A DNA stretch of 64,000 nucleotides from an uncultured Candidatus Saccharibacteria bacterium (lineage in GTDB: Bacteria; Patescibacteriota; CAZHWT01). The notes beneath the pieces were generated by a model. The model was not told the DNA's origin. It did no database searches and saw nothing but the letters and a program-made list of their open reading frames with translations. The stretch spans positions 76,366-140,365 of the forward strand of contig CAZKPX010000003.1 in NCBI GenBank assembly GCA_964554805.1. Direction: 5' to 3'. The position numbers and the translations under genes are program-made. This document shows, one piece after another, positions 19,184 through 28,172 of this stretch. Position 1 is the first letter of the stretch. Every line of letters begins with the position of its first letter.

Positions 19184-20507
19184 CGCTGGGCGAGCGACGG
19201 GCGACGGGCGACAGGCGACGAGTGTTGATGAGCTTGATTCTCGGGTGGTGGCTGAAAAGCTTGATAATGGTTTGCCGGTGCTGTTGCAGCCAATGGAGGC
19301 TGTGCCGTCGACGGCGGTATTGGTGTTGGCGAAGGTTGGGTCTCGGAATGAGCAGCAAGCTGAGGCCGGGGTGGCTCATTTTGAAGAGCACATGGTATTT
19401 AAAGGCACCAAAACTAGGCCGACTACTTTGGATATTTCGGCAATTGTTGATGGGTTGGGTGGGGAATTTAATGCTTTTACTAGCAAGGATTACACCGGAT
19501 TCTATATTAAGACTGCCGCCAAAGACTCGTCAGTGGCGGTTGAGTTGTTGGCTGATATTTTGTTTGACTCCAAATTTGACCAGGCCGAAGTGGATAATGA
19601 GCGTCAGGTGATCATCGAAGAGATGAATATGTACCAGGACACACCACGCGATCGAGTGGGTGAGTTGTATGACAATTTATTGTATGGCGACCAGCCCTTG
19701 GGCCGAGATATTATCGGCACCAAAGATAGCCTGATGTCGATCCAGTCGGAACAGTTAAAAGCTTTTAATAAGAAATGGTATGGTAGCGATAATCTGTTGG
19801 TCAGCGTGGCCGGATCGATGGATTCGTCGGCTATGCTGTCATTGGTTGATACGCATTTTGGTGGACGGACAGCGGGTTGCGTTGATGCGTTAACTCCGAC
19901 GACCTTTAGTCAGGATGCGCCGGCTATGCAGGTTGTGCAAAAGGAAACCGATCAGACTCATGTGGTGGTGGGGGTGCGGAGTTTTGCGGCTATGGATGAT
20001 CGACGACAGGCTTTGTCATTGCTCAACATTATTTTGGGTGGCAATATGTCGTCTCGGTTATTTATTGAGGTCAGAGAAAAGCGCGGTCTGGCGTACGCGG
20101 TGCATTCGTCTATTGATTCATATACAGATGTGGGGGCTTGGTCATGCCAGCTGGGTTTGGATCATAGTCGACTAGGCGAAGCTTTGTCGGTGGTTTTGGA
20201 GCAAATGGCTTCGATTCGCGATAAGGGCATTGATCAAAAAGAGTTGGACCGAGCCAAGAGTTTTGTGCGTGGTCGGATGGCATTGTCGCTTGAAGATCCG
20301 TTGAGCTTGAATATTTTTGCGGCTAAGCAGCAGTTGCTGTATGACAAGCTGGAAACTGTTGATGAGTTGTTGGCTAAAATGGAAGCTGTGACAGCGGAGC
20401 AAATTCAGGCGGTGGCTGATGATATATTTGTTGGTCAGGGGTTGAATATGACTGTGATTGGACCAAAAGCGGATGAAGAAGATTTGCGTCGTCGGTTAGT
20501 GCTCTGA
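19158..20507 (+). CDS. M16-family zinc peptidase (pitrilysin/insulinase-like, inverted HxxEH)
   Basis: GVAHFEEHMVFKGT is the HxxEH zinc motif, with a second E further on and the typical two-domain length. The extreme N-terminus overlaps the previous gene and is encoded by a (GCGACR)n copy, so the true start is probably later. Confidence 0.8.
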   Translation: MERVVVRNSAGRATGDGRQATSVDELDSRVVAEKLDNGLPVLLQPMEAVPSTAVLVLAKVGSRNEQQAEAGVAHFEEHMVFKGTKTRPTTLDISAIVDGLGGEFNAFTSKDYTGFYIKTAAKDSSVAVELLADILFDSKFDQAEVDNERQVIIEEMNMYQDTPRDRVGELYDNLLYGDQPLGRDIIGTKDSLMSIQSEQLKAFNKKWYGSDNLLVSVAGSMDSSAMLSLVDTHFGGRTAGCVDALTPTTFSQDAPAMQVVQKETDQTHVVVGVRSFAAMDDRRQALSLLNIILGGNMSSRLFIEVREKRGLAYAVHSSIDSYTDVGAWSCQLGLDHSRLGEALSVVLEQMASIRDKGIDQKELDRAKSFVRGRMALSLEDPLSLNIFAAKQQLLYDKLETVDELLAKMEAVTAEQIQAVADDIFVGQGLNMTVIGPKADEEDLRRRLVL

Positions 20508-20596
20508 GACTTTTGATAGTTAGTTTTGAGTGTTAAGATTGATAGTGGTTAGTTGGTAGAAATGAGGAGTGTCGAGAAGGGGTGGGATGAAGTTTT

Positions 20597-21601
20597 ATGA
20601 ATCAAGGTATTGGATCGTTTTTTATAACTATTGTGACTAGCCCGTTATTGTATTGCGGTTTGGTGGGTGGGGTGGTGGCGATGTATGTGGTGTGGAGATT
20701 GTGCCGTCAGAGCTATTTGTTGCCGGAGAAGCAGTTTACTTTGCTGTGGTTGGGTTGGTTGGCTGGCTATGCAGCGGCCGTGGTGGTGGGGTGGATTTGG
20801 CAAATGATTGGTCAAGGTGGTTGGCTGACACTGGAGCAATGGTTGTGGGGATTGTTGCCGCTGAACGGACGGGAGTTATGGCAAAGTAGTGGTTTGATAC
20901 TGGCGGCTTATGTTGCTGCTGGAGCGGCTGTGGTGGCCTATATTCGGTCGATACGCTACCCATTGTGGAAGATGTTGGATATGTGGGCTGTAGGGCTGAT
21001 GGTGTGGCAGCTATTTATTGTTATTGGCTGGGTGGCGCAATGGTCGAGCTGGCCATCGATTGAGGATTGGTTGATGTTGGGGTGGACAATAGTCTGGTTG
21101 GTGGTTGTGAGTTGGCTGTACGGATATGGGGCTCGCCGCGATAAGGATGGGTTGGTGTTGGGAGTGCAGATTATGGGCGTGTTTGGATTTTTGATAGCGG
21201 CTCAGCTCGGCCAGCTATCTTGGCAGGGCCAAGTCAATATTGTAGAATTGAGTATAGCAATTGTCGGCTGTTTGGCTGGTGCCGGATTGCTGGCTTATCG
21301 AATATGGCAGCCAAGCACTGCTATTCGTTTACAAGACACGCCAAAGGGTGTTTCGCAAAGCTTTAAAGAAACTTTTGCTCGCCTCAGCTTGGCTAAAACA
21401 GAGTCTGTCAATCAATCCTCAAATCAATCTTCGTCTTTGACTAGCGAGATAGCATCCCCAGTAGAATCGACAACTTTGAAGCCGGCAGGCACAGGTGGCG
21501 TGGCAGTTCTGAATCAGGAAGCCTTTGCCCCACCGGTCAAAAAGCCAGTTAAGAAATTGCTCAAGAAAAAGGGTCGACCTAAAAAGGAAAAATCAGCTTA
21601 A
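20597..21601 (+). CDS. Hypothetical Trp-rich polytopic membrane protein with a Lys-rich C-terminal tail
   Basis: About 7 predicted TM helices, many Trp, C-terminal KKPVKKLLKKKGRPKKEKSA. Confidence 0.45.
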   Translation: MNQGIGSFFITIVTSPLLYCGLVGGVVAMYVVWRLCRQSYLLPEKQFTLLWLGWLAGYAAAVVVGWIWQMIGQGGWLTLEQWLWGLLPLNGRELWQSSGLILAAYVAAGAAVVAYIRSIRYPLWKMLDMWAVGLMVWQLFIVIGWVAQWSSWPSIEDWLMLGWTIVWLVVVSWLYGYGARRDKDGLVLGVQIMGVFGFLIAAQLGQLSWQGQVNIVELSIAIVGCLAGAGLLAYRIWQPSTAIRLQDTPKGVSQSFKETFARLSLAKTESVNQSSNQSSSLTSEIASPVESTTLKPAGTGGVAVLNQEAFAPPVKKPVKKLLKKKGRPKKEKSA

Positions 21602-21677
21602 TTGGTGTATAGTAAGTATCAATTGACAGAGTTAGGATAAAAGTTCTCATAAAAGTTATCGTACAAGGAACAAAATT

Positions 21678-22022
21678 ATGAACGACCAAGATGTATTAGT
21701 TGCATTGGAAAAAGAAAAGCAACGACTAATGGATGAAATCCAGGATTTGGAAAGCAGCGATCCAACCAAGGACGGTTTTCGCGATCGTAGCAATACTGAG
21801 GATGATGATGCCGGAGAATCGGAGGATTTTTCTCGATTCTTGGCTTTGACCAATGCTGCAACCGATCAATTGAAACTGGTCGAACGGGCCATTGCTAAAG
21901 TTCATGAAGGAACATATGGTAAGGATGACCTAAACGGACAGCCTATTCCAGCTGAACGCCTAGAAGCAATTCCATGGGCTATTTATACAGTTGAGAGTGA
22001 AGAGAAGATGGAGCGAGCTTAG
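21678..22022 (+). CDS. DksA/TraR-family regulator lacking the C4 zinc-finger cysteines
   Basis: Coiled-coil N-terminus, acidic tip region (DDDAGESEDF), C-terminal AIAKVHEGTYGKDDLNGQPIPAERLEAIPWAIYTVE. This aligns to the DksA C4 finger region but has no Cys. Confidence 0.6.
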   Translation: MNDQDVLVALEKEKQRLMDEIQDLESSDPTKDGFRDRSNTEDDDAGESEDFSRFLALTNAATDQLKLVERAIAKVHEGTYGKDDLNGQPIPAERLEAIPWAIYTVESEEKMERA

Positions 22023-22052
22023 GGATATTTGATATTGTCCTTCATTGTCCTT

Positions 22053-22093
22053 CAAAAATGCACCGGTCTACTCGATGGGTGCATTTTTGTTTG
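22053..22093 (+). terminator. Rho-independent terminator
   Basis: aaaaatgcacc-ggtctactcgat-gggtgcatttttgtttg. Confidence 0.65.
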
Positions 22094-22118
22094 CATCAGC
22101 CTCAACCAGTGTTATACT
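22091..22118 (+). promoter_or_regulatory. Candidate sigma70 promoter (TTGCAT, 16 nt, TATACT) for the 22150-29292 gene string
   Basis: ttgcat at 22091-22096 and tatact at 22113-22118, about 30 nt upstream of the ATG at 22150. Confidence 0.45.
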
Positions 22119-22149
22119 AGCTTAGTCTAGCTGTAGGCTGGTTGATTTT

Positions 22150-23625
22150 ATGAAAAAACTTGAAGATCGCTTAAAAGAATATCGCCAAGCTAGACCTACT
22201 GTTTTTGAGGAAGAAGGCTTTGTCCGAACTCTGGTTTTATTTCAAGAGATGGCTGAACGCGTGCCGGCATATAAAGACTTTTTGGCCAAGCATTCGATTG
22301 AGCCTGCAAAAATAAAAACTAAGTCGGATTTTGAGCAAGTGCCGATTATGGGCAAGGAGTCTTACTTGACAGCCTATCCGCTTCAAGATATGTGTTGGGA
22401 CGGCAAGATGGATGGCTTGTCGGTTATTTCATCCAGCTCCGGTTCAACAGGTAAATCGTTCATGTGGCCTCGTGGTCAGGAGCAAGAAGTAGAGGGTGAG
22501 CAGTATATAGAGCAGTTGTTTGCAGATTTTTTTGATATCGGTCAGCGTCGAACCTTGTATATTAATTGTTTCTCTATGGGAACATGGGTGGCGGGAACAT
22601 ATTTGTTGTCTAGTGTGGAGAGGTTGAGTTGGAAGGGATATCCGATCATTACGGTATGTCCGGGTATAGAGAAAAAGCTATCCCTGCAGTTATTTCAAGA
22701 TTTAGCTGGACAATTTGATCAAGTAATTTTTGGTGGATATCCGCCTTTAGTTAAAGATATTTTGGACGAAGGTCGGCAACAGGGGATTGATTGGGAAAAG
22801 CATACTATTCGATTTTTATTTGCGGCTGAAGGTTTTAGCGAGCAGTGGCGATCACATATTCATTCATTGGTGGGTTCGACTGATGCGTATGCGACCTCAA
22901 TTAATATCTTTGGTTCAGCGGATGCTACTATTCTCGGTCATGAAACACCTCTCACCAACGCTATTCGACAGAAACTTGGTAGGTTGCCGGAAAATCTAGA
23001 CAAGCTGGTTGGATCTGAGAGGATGCCAACTTTGGTTCAATATGATCCACGGCTACGATATTTTGAAGGACATGACGGTCAATTGCTGTTTAGTGCCCGT
23101 GCTGGTTTGCCTTTGGTGCGATATGCTATCGGTGATAATGGAGGTTGTCGGAGTTTTGATGATATGCGACAGTTGAATATGGAGCTAGGATTTGATTGGT
23201 CTAAGGATCTAGCCTTGAAGAACAAAACCTGGAATTTGCCATTTGTATGGGTTTTTGGTCGCAAGAACTTGGCTACTAATTTGTATGGTGCGTTGATCTT
23301 CCCTGAGTACATTAAGGCAGGTCTTGAAGAGAAGGCTGTGGTTAATCGAGTTACGGGCAAGTTTGTCATGTCTACTGAGACTGACGAAGGCAACGACCAA
23401 TTCCTGGGCGTTATGGTTGAGATGGCTGCTGGACAGGACCATAATCTAGAATTGCAAGAGCTGGTGACAACGAAGATAGTAGAGGCATTGGCCCGTCAGA
23501 GTAGTGAATATTCGGCTTTGAGCAAGTCCATTCAAGACAGAGCTGTGCCTAGGATTGAGCTGGTGCCTTATGGTTCGAATTTGTTTCAGGTAGGTTCAAA
23601 GCACCGGTGGGTTGTCAAAAAATAG
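22150..23625 (+). CDS. PaaK/coenzyme-F390-synthetase-like adenylate-forming enzyme (ANL superfamily)
   Basis: N-terminal helical region typical of phenylacetate-CoA ligase (VPAYKDFLAKHSIEPAKIKTKSDFEQVPIMGKESYL). The P-loop-like SSSGSTGKSFMWP corresponds to the SSGTTGKP adenylation motif. Confidence 0.6.
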   Translation: MKKLEDRLKEYRQARPTVFEEEGFVRTLVLFQEMAERVPAYKDFLAKHSIEPAKIKTKSDFEQVPIMGKESYLTAYPLQDMCWDGKMDGLSVISSSSGSTGKSFMWPRGQEQEVEGEQYIEQLFADFFDIGQRRTLYINCFSMGTWVAGTYLLSSVERLSWKGYPIITVCPGIEKKLSLQLFQDLAGQFDQVIFGGYPPLVKDILDEGRQQGIDWEKHTIRFLFAAEGFSEQWRSHIHSLVGSTDAYATSINIFGSADATILGHETPLTNAIRQKLGRLPENLDKLVGSERMPTLVQYDPRLRYFEGHDGQLLFSARAGLPLVRYAIGDNGGCRSFDDMRQLNMELGFDWSKDLALKNKTWNLPFVWVFGRKNLATNLYGALIFPEYIKAGLEEKAVVNRVTGKFVMSTETDEGNDQFLGVMVEMAAGQDHNLELQELVTTKIVEALARQSSEYSALSKSIQDRAVPRIELVPYGSNLFQVGSKHRWVVKK

Positions 23626-23644
23626 AAAATTAAAGGATTACAGC

Positions 23645-24787
23645 ATGGATAAGCCGGTAATTTTTCATCAAGGTTCGTACACAATAGCCGATCTGGAGCG
23701 TTTTCAAGCGGAACACAGGATATGGCGAGTGGTTGATATTTATGCTGAACAGTTGGCTGAGTTATTTGAGATTGAGCATCCGCACCAGGTTGGTCAGACT
23801 GATTTTGAGGGGCAAAGGGATGAATTTGTGGCTGCGACTACTGCCTCCGGTATTAAAGATAAGGGGGACTGGATTTACTATCCATGGAGCGGGATCTTAT
23901 TGCATACCATGATGCAAATGGAAGTTTGGCAATTGCGGACTAACAGAAATCAGTTGTTAATCGATGAGGAGGGACAGAATCATTTAACTAGCCAAGCGGT
24001 GGGGTTTGCAGGATTGTCTATTGGGGCTTCGTATGCTGCAAGCTTGGCCTACAGCGGTATTGCTAATCGGATGAAGTTGGCTGATATGGATAGGTTGTCG
24101 ACGAGTAATCTGAACCGGGTTCAGGCAGGTTTGGCTGCGGTTGGTCAGAAAAAAGTTGAGATAGTCGCTGAAAGAATTTATGAGATTAATCCTTATCAGA
24201 CATTCGAGTTGTTCGAAGATGGCTTGGATCGGAACAATCTGAATCAATTCTTTGGCGGAGATGGTGATCGAACCCGGCTCAATTTGGTTTTTGAAGCGGT
24301 TGATGATTTTGAGCTAAAAGTACGATTGCGCTTGAAGGCTAAGGAGCATAAAGTCCCCCTGATTATGCTGACTAATCTTGGCGATCGTATTTTAATTGAT
24401 GTTGAGCGCTATGATTATGATATTGATTTGATGCCATTTAATGGCTTATTGTCTCAAGAGGTGATCGATCAAATCTTAAGTGGGCAATCTGGGGCTATTA
24501 CGAAGCACATTATTTCATTGCTAGGTATAGACAATCTATCGCTGCCGATTGTCGAGTCTCTCAATCAAATAGGGTCTAGTTTGGTGGGGAGACCACAGCT
24601 GTTTGGCTCGGTAACTATAGGCGGCGGCTTGGCTAGTTATTTGTCTCGGCAGGTATTTTTGGGGCATACGCTGTTGTCTGGCCGGTATGCGCTTTCTTTG
24701 GATGCCTTGGTTGGTATTGATAGCCAAGAAGACCCTGAGCAGCGGCAGCAGGCTGTGGATGTATTAATGAAACGAGCTGGCCTATGA
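23645..24787 (+). CDS. ThiF/MoeB/E1-like adenylyltransferase-fold protein, cysteine-free, with a roughly 120 aa N-terminal extension
   Basis: Rossmann dinucleotide/ATP motif VGFAGLSIGASYAASLAYSGI, then ADMDRLSTSNLNRVQ (E1 Arg-finger/Asp region). No Cys anywhere, so no zinc tetrad and no catalytic Cys. Start set at ATG 23645, which has an AAAGGA SD. Confidence 0.55.
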   Translation: MDKPVIFHQGSYTIADLERFQAEHRIWRVVDIYAEQLAELFEIEHPHQVGQTDFEGQRDEFVAATTASGIKDKGDWIYYPWSGILLHTMMQMEVWQLRTNRNQLLIDEEGQNHLTSQAVGFAGLSIGASYAASLAYSGIANRMKLADMDRLSTSNLNRVQAGLAAVGQKKVEIVAERIYEINPYQTFELFEDGLDRNNLNQFFGGDGDRTRLNLVFEAVDDFELKVRLRLKAKEHKVPLIMLTNLGDRILIDVERYDYDIDLMPFNGLLSQEVIDQILSGQSGAITKHIISLLGIDNLSLPIVESLNQIGSSLVGRPQLFGSVTIGGGLASYLSRQVFLGHTLLSGRYALSLDALVGIDSQEDPEQRQQAVDVLMKRAGL

Positions 24788-25827
24788 AGTGGTTTGAATC
24801 GCCAGCCTATAAAGTTTGGCATATTAAGGCCAGTGACTATCCTTGGCAGGGAAGTCGGGACGATCAGATACGGCATTTGTTGGCCTATGCAGTTTTGGCG
24901 CCATCTACCTTTAATAGCCAGCCATGGTTATTTGATATAAAAGATGATCGGATTGTCGTGCGACTTGATATAGCCAGGATGCCTAAAGTGTCTGATAAGG
25001 ATATGAGATTTGGGGTGGCTTCAGTAGGGTGTTTTATAGAGAATTTGATGGTAGCTGCTGAGTATTTTGGCTGGAAGGTGCGGGTAGAACTGAATCATGA
25101 ACTGATTCTAGCCAATGATACTGTGGCTATACTTTGGCTTGAGTCTGCCGGTGAGGCTGGTAATCAGCAGTTAGATGGTCGGCTGATGGAGGCAATGGTG
25201 AATCGAGCTACAAACCGCAGTTTGAGTAGTCAGTTTCAGTTGGACGACGAAACATTGTCTGAGTTGAAATCATTAGCGATGGCAGGTCAAGAAATAATTA
25301 TTATAGATAACTCTAAAACTGATAATTTGATTGCTATATCACAGCAAGCTGATATGAGAATTTGGTCTCATATTGATTTTCGCAAAGAGCATGTGGCTTG
25401 GGTGCGCAATAATCTATCCCGGCAGCCTGATGGCATGCCAGCCTTTGGCGTAGGTGTTAGCTTACTACCATCATTGTTGGCTAAGCCGGTGATTCTTAGC
25501 TCAAAGTTTGCCTCAATTCAGGCAGCCAAGAACGTACAATCGCTAAAAAGTACTTGCTACTTTGTAGTTATATGTTCGGCTGAGGGCAAGGCTGCATGGA
25601 CAGAAGTAGGAAGAACTTTTGAGAGACTAGGTCTGGAGCTGACAGTCAGAGGCTTGGGGTTGGCGCCGATGGGACAGTTTGTGGCCGATGAGCATGCCAG
25701 ACAAGAGCTTCAGGATTTGCTTAAGTCAGCTAATCCACCGCAAATTTTTGCTCGGATCAATAAGCCTTCAATTCCGGTTAAGCATAGCCCCCGCTTGGCT
25801 GTTAATGATATTATGTCTACAGTATAA
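24784..25827 (+). CDS. Nitroreductase-superfamily (SagB/McbC-type) FMN dehydrogenase, double-domain
   Basis: PSTFNSQPWLF is the canonical nitroreductase FMN-binding motif. The 347 aa length fits the two-lobed SagB-type dehydrogenases. Overlaps the upstream gene by 4 nt (ATGA). Confidence 0.6.
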   Translation: MKWFESPAYKVWHIKASDYPWQGSRDDQIRHLLAYAVLAPSTFNSQPWLFDIKDDRIVVRLDIARMPKVSDKDMRFGVASVGCFIENLMVAAEYFGWKVRVELNHELILANDTVAILWLESAGEAGNQQLDGRLMEAMVNRATNRSLSSQFQLDDETLSELKSLAMAGQEIIIIDNSKTDNLIAISQQADMRIWSHIDFRKEHVAWVRNNLSRQPDGMPAFGVGVSLLPSLLAKPVILSSKFASIQAAKNVQSLKSTCYFVVICSAEGKAAWTEVGRTFERLGLELTVRGLGLAPMGQFVADEHARQELQDLLKSANPPQIFARINKPSIPVKHSPRLAVNDIMSTV

Positions 25828-25872
25828 AATAATGGATATAGATCAGCAGATAGCGCTGTATTTATGACGTAA

Positions 25873-28101
25873 TTGCGATTTGATTTTTTTATGATTCTGC
25901 CCATTGTAACCTTAGTTGCGGTTTTTATTAACCTAATTTTGGGTTTGTTTGTTTTACAGAAAAATAGTAAAAGCGCCACCAATCGGTTATTCTTTTTGTT
26001 GTGTGCGGCGATTTTGCTATGGACAGTCTTTAACTATTTCTCTCTTCGTCCGATAGGGGACAGTGAGATTATTTACTGGTTGCGAGCTCATATGGTGTCT
26101 GCCGTTTTGGTTGCCGCAAGCTTTGTGTTATTTATCTATAATTTCCCTCATGCAGGGTTTACATTCCGTAAACGTGTTTTTAGTTTATACATGATATTGG
26201 TGGTATTGGCAGCGGTGGTGACAGCTACTTCGTGGGTATTCCAATCCGCAACAGAGCTATCTGATGGACAGGTAAAAACTGAAGTTGGGCCCCTGATCCC
26301 ATTGTTTGGCATTGTAGCTTTTGGATCGGTGCTAGCTGGCATTATTATTGTGGTTCAGCGATTTAGACATAGTCGAGGCAAATTGCGCGATCAGCTGCGC
26401 TATATGCTGCTCGGCACATCGTTGATGTTTGGATTGGTGTTTTTGCTGATTTTTATTCCTATTGTGGTGTTCAATAATACAACTTTCGCCCCATATCTAC
26501 CTATCATCACCTTTCCGTTTGTGGCATGCGTGACATATGCTATTGTTCGCCATAGTCTGCTAGATATTCGTCTGGTGGTGGCTAGGTCAGTTGCGTATAC
26601 GTTAACGGTTTCGATTTTATTGGTTTCTTACGTGGCGGCTGCTCTGTATGTCGGCAGGCTGTTTTATCAGGGAGAAATGCTGTCTGGGCAGATTGCGGTA
26701 TATGGAATCTTGGCCGTGTTTGTGGCTGCGACTTTCCAGCCATTGAGAAGTCGATTGGACCAAGTTACCGAGAATATGTTCTTTAAGGGCGGGTACAATA
26801 CCAGTGAGCTGGTCCGTCAAGTGACAGAGATTATGGCAAAGACTCTGCACCTGGGGGATTTGTCGCGGCAGTCGTTGGAAATAATTATATCGACCATCCA
26901 GGTCAGCAAGGGTAGTTTTTGGGTATTAGAAGACGGAGAGTTCTATTGTTTTGCCTCTCAGGGGATGATCAATAAAGATATTCAGTACTACACTCATAAT
27001 CAAGCATACCTACAGTCATTGTGTGATGATAAAAGTTGCCCAGTTTTATTAAAAGCGGATGGATCAAAAGAACTGAAGAAGATGAAGATGGAGGTGGCGG
27101 TGCCGCTATTTGCTGGAGACGAGTTGCAAGGATTCTTGCTACTAGGGGAAAAACAATCGGGAGAGGTTTATTCGCAACAAGATATTCACGCTCTGTCAAT
27201 TCTGGGGCCTAGTTTGGCGATTAGTTTGGAAAATGCCAGGAGTTATAAGCAGATTAGTGAGTTTAATCAGACCTTGGAGCAAGAGGTTGATAAGGCAACG
27301 CGTGATTTGACGGTGGCTAATGACAAATTATCTCGCAGTAACGCTAAGTTGCGACAACTGGATAGTTTGAAGGATGAATTTATTTCGATTACGTCGCATG
27401 AATTACGAACGCCGTTGACGGCTATCCGTGGCTATTTGTGGATGGCGATGCATGGTAAGGCTCAGGATCAAAAGACCCAGGATGAGTATATGGATCGAGC
27501 ATATACCTCGACTGAACGGTTGATTGCTTTGGTTAATGATAGTCTGGATATTTCTCGAATTGATTCTGGGCGGGTTCAGCTTAGCCCACTGCCAACTGAT
27601 ATTTATGCTTTGGCTAAAGAGGTGGCTACCGACCTGATGCCTCGAGCAACCCAGCAGGGCCAGGTGTTAGAAGTCCGGAGACCAGTCAAGGCCTTGCCGG
27701 CGGTAATGGTAGATCCAGAGAAGCTATATCAGGTTTTGACTAATCTGGTGGGAAATGCCTTAAAATTTACACCATCGAATGGTGAAATCAGTGTTAGTTT
27801 TGCGGTGGAAGGGGAGAAGGTGGTGGCAAGTGTCAAGGATAGTGGGCCGGGTATTGATGATGATGATAAGAAGCGGTTATTTCAGAAGTTTTCACGATTG
27901 GATGCTTCGGCAACCGTGCCTGGAACCGGTTTGGGGCTTTTCTTGTGCAAGGAGATCATTCATTTATCTAAGGGGCGGATTTGGGTAGAAAGTAAGCCGG
28001 GTGGTGGGTCTAATTTTCGGTTTACCTTGCCAATGACAAAGTCCCAGGCAGTGAAGGCTGAGGATAGAACACAGCATCCGCAGCGCTTAATGGTAGCGTA
28101 A
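25873..28101 (+). CDS. Membrane sensor histidine kinase
   Basis: 6-7 N-terminal TM helices, HisKA H-box (ITSHELRTPLTAIRGY), N/G1/G2 boxes (LVGNALKFT, DSGPGIDDD, GTGLGLFLCKEI). Confidence 0.85.
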   Translation: MRFDFFMILPIVTLVAVFINLILGLFVLQKNSKSATNRLFFLLCAAILLWTVFNYFSLRPIGDSEIIYWLRAHMVSAVLVAASFVLFIYNFPHAGFTFRKRVFSLYMILVVLAAVVTATSWVFQSATELSDGQVKTEVGPLIPLFGIVAFGSVLAGIIIVVQRFRHSRGKLRDQLRYMLLGTSLMFGLVFLLIFIPIVVFNNTTFAPYLPIITFPFVACVTYAIVRHSLLDIRLVVARSVAYTLTVSILLVSYVAAALYVGRLFYQGEMLSGQIAVYGILAVFVAATFQPLRSRLDQVTENMFFKGGYNTSELVRQVTEIMAKTLHLGDLSRQSLEIIISTIQVSKGSFWVLEDGEFYCFASQGMINKDIQYYTHNQAYLQSLCDDKSCPVLLKADGSKELKKMKMEVAVPLFAGDELQGFLLLGEKQSGEVYSQQDIHALSILGPSLAISLENARSYKQISEFNQTLEQEVDKATRDLTVANDKLSRSNAKLRQLDSLKDEFISITSHELRTPLTAIRGYLWMAMHGKAQDQKTQDEYMDRAYTSTERLIALVNDSLDISRIDSGRVQLSPLPTDIYALAKEVATDLMPRATQQGQVLEVRRPVKALPAVMVDPEKLYQVLTNLVGNALKFTPSNGEISVSFAVEGEKVVASVKDSGPGIDDDDKKRLFQKFSRLDASATVPGTGLGLFLCKEIIHLSKGRIWVESKPGGGSNFRFTLPMTKSQAVKAEDRTQHPQRLMVA

Positions 28102-28172
28102 CGGGGGGCTGGAGGCGGCGAGGTGTGGCTTATGAGGATTATGTTACAATACAGCAATGAGGAGAAATTTTT

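Noticed and set aside
19222-19611. 129 aa ORF (MLMSLILGWW...) at the M16 peptidase 5' end
   Set aside because: It is in an alternative frame overlapping the well-supported peptidase frame (HFEEH motif), is Trp/Cys/Arg-rich low complexity, and is spurious.
20597-21601. Prolipoprotein diacylglyceryl transferase (Lgt) assignment for the Trp-rich membrane protein
   Set aside because: It lacks the Lgt signature motifs (HWYG, GGRIGY, GLGAGRLGNF, FRQPD). Only a weak YGYGARR resemblance. Left as hypothetical.
22150-25827. Calling the PaaK/ThiF/nitroreductase trio a bona fide TOMM (thiazole/oxazole) cluster
   Set aside because: No YcaO cyclodehydratase and no precursor peptide are seen, and the E1-like protein has no Cys. 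It is reported only as TOMM-like or non-canonical.
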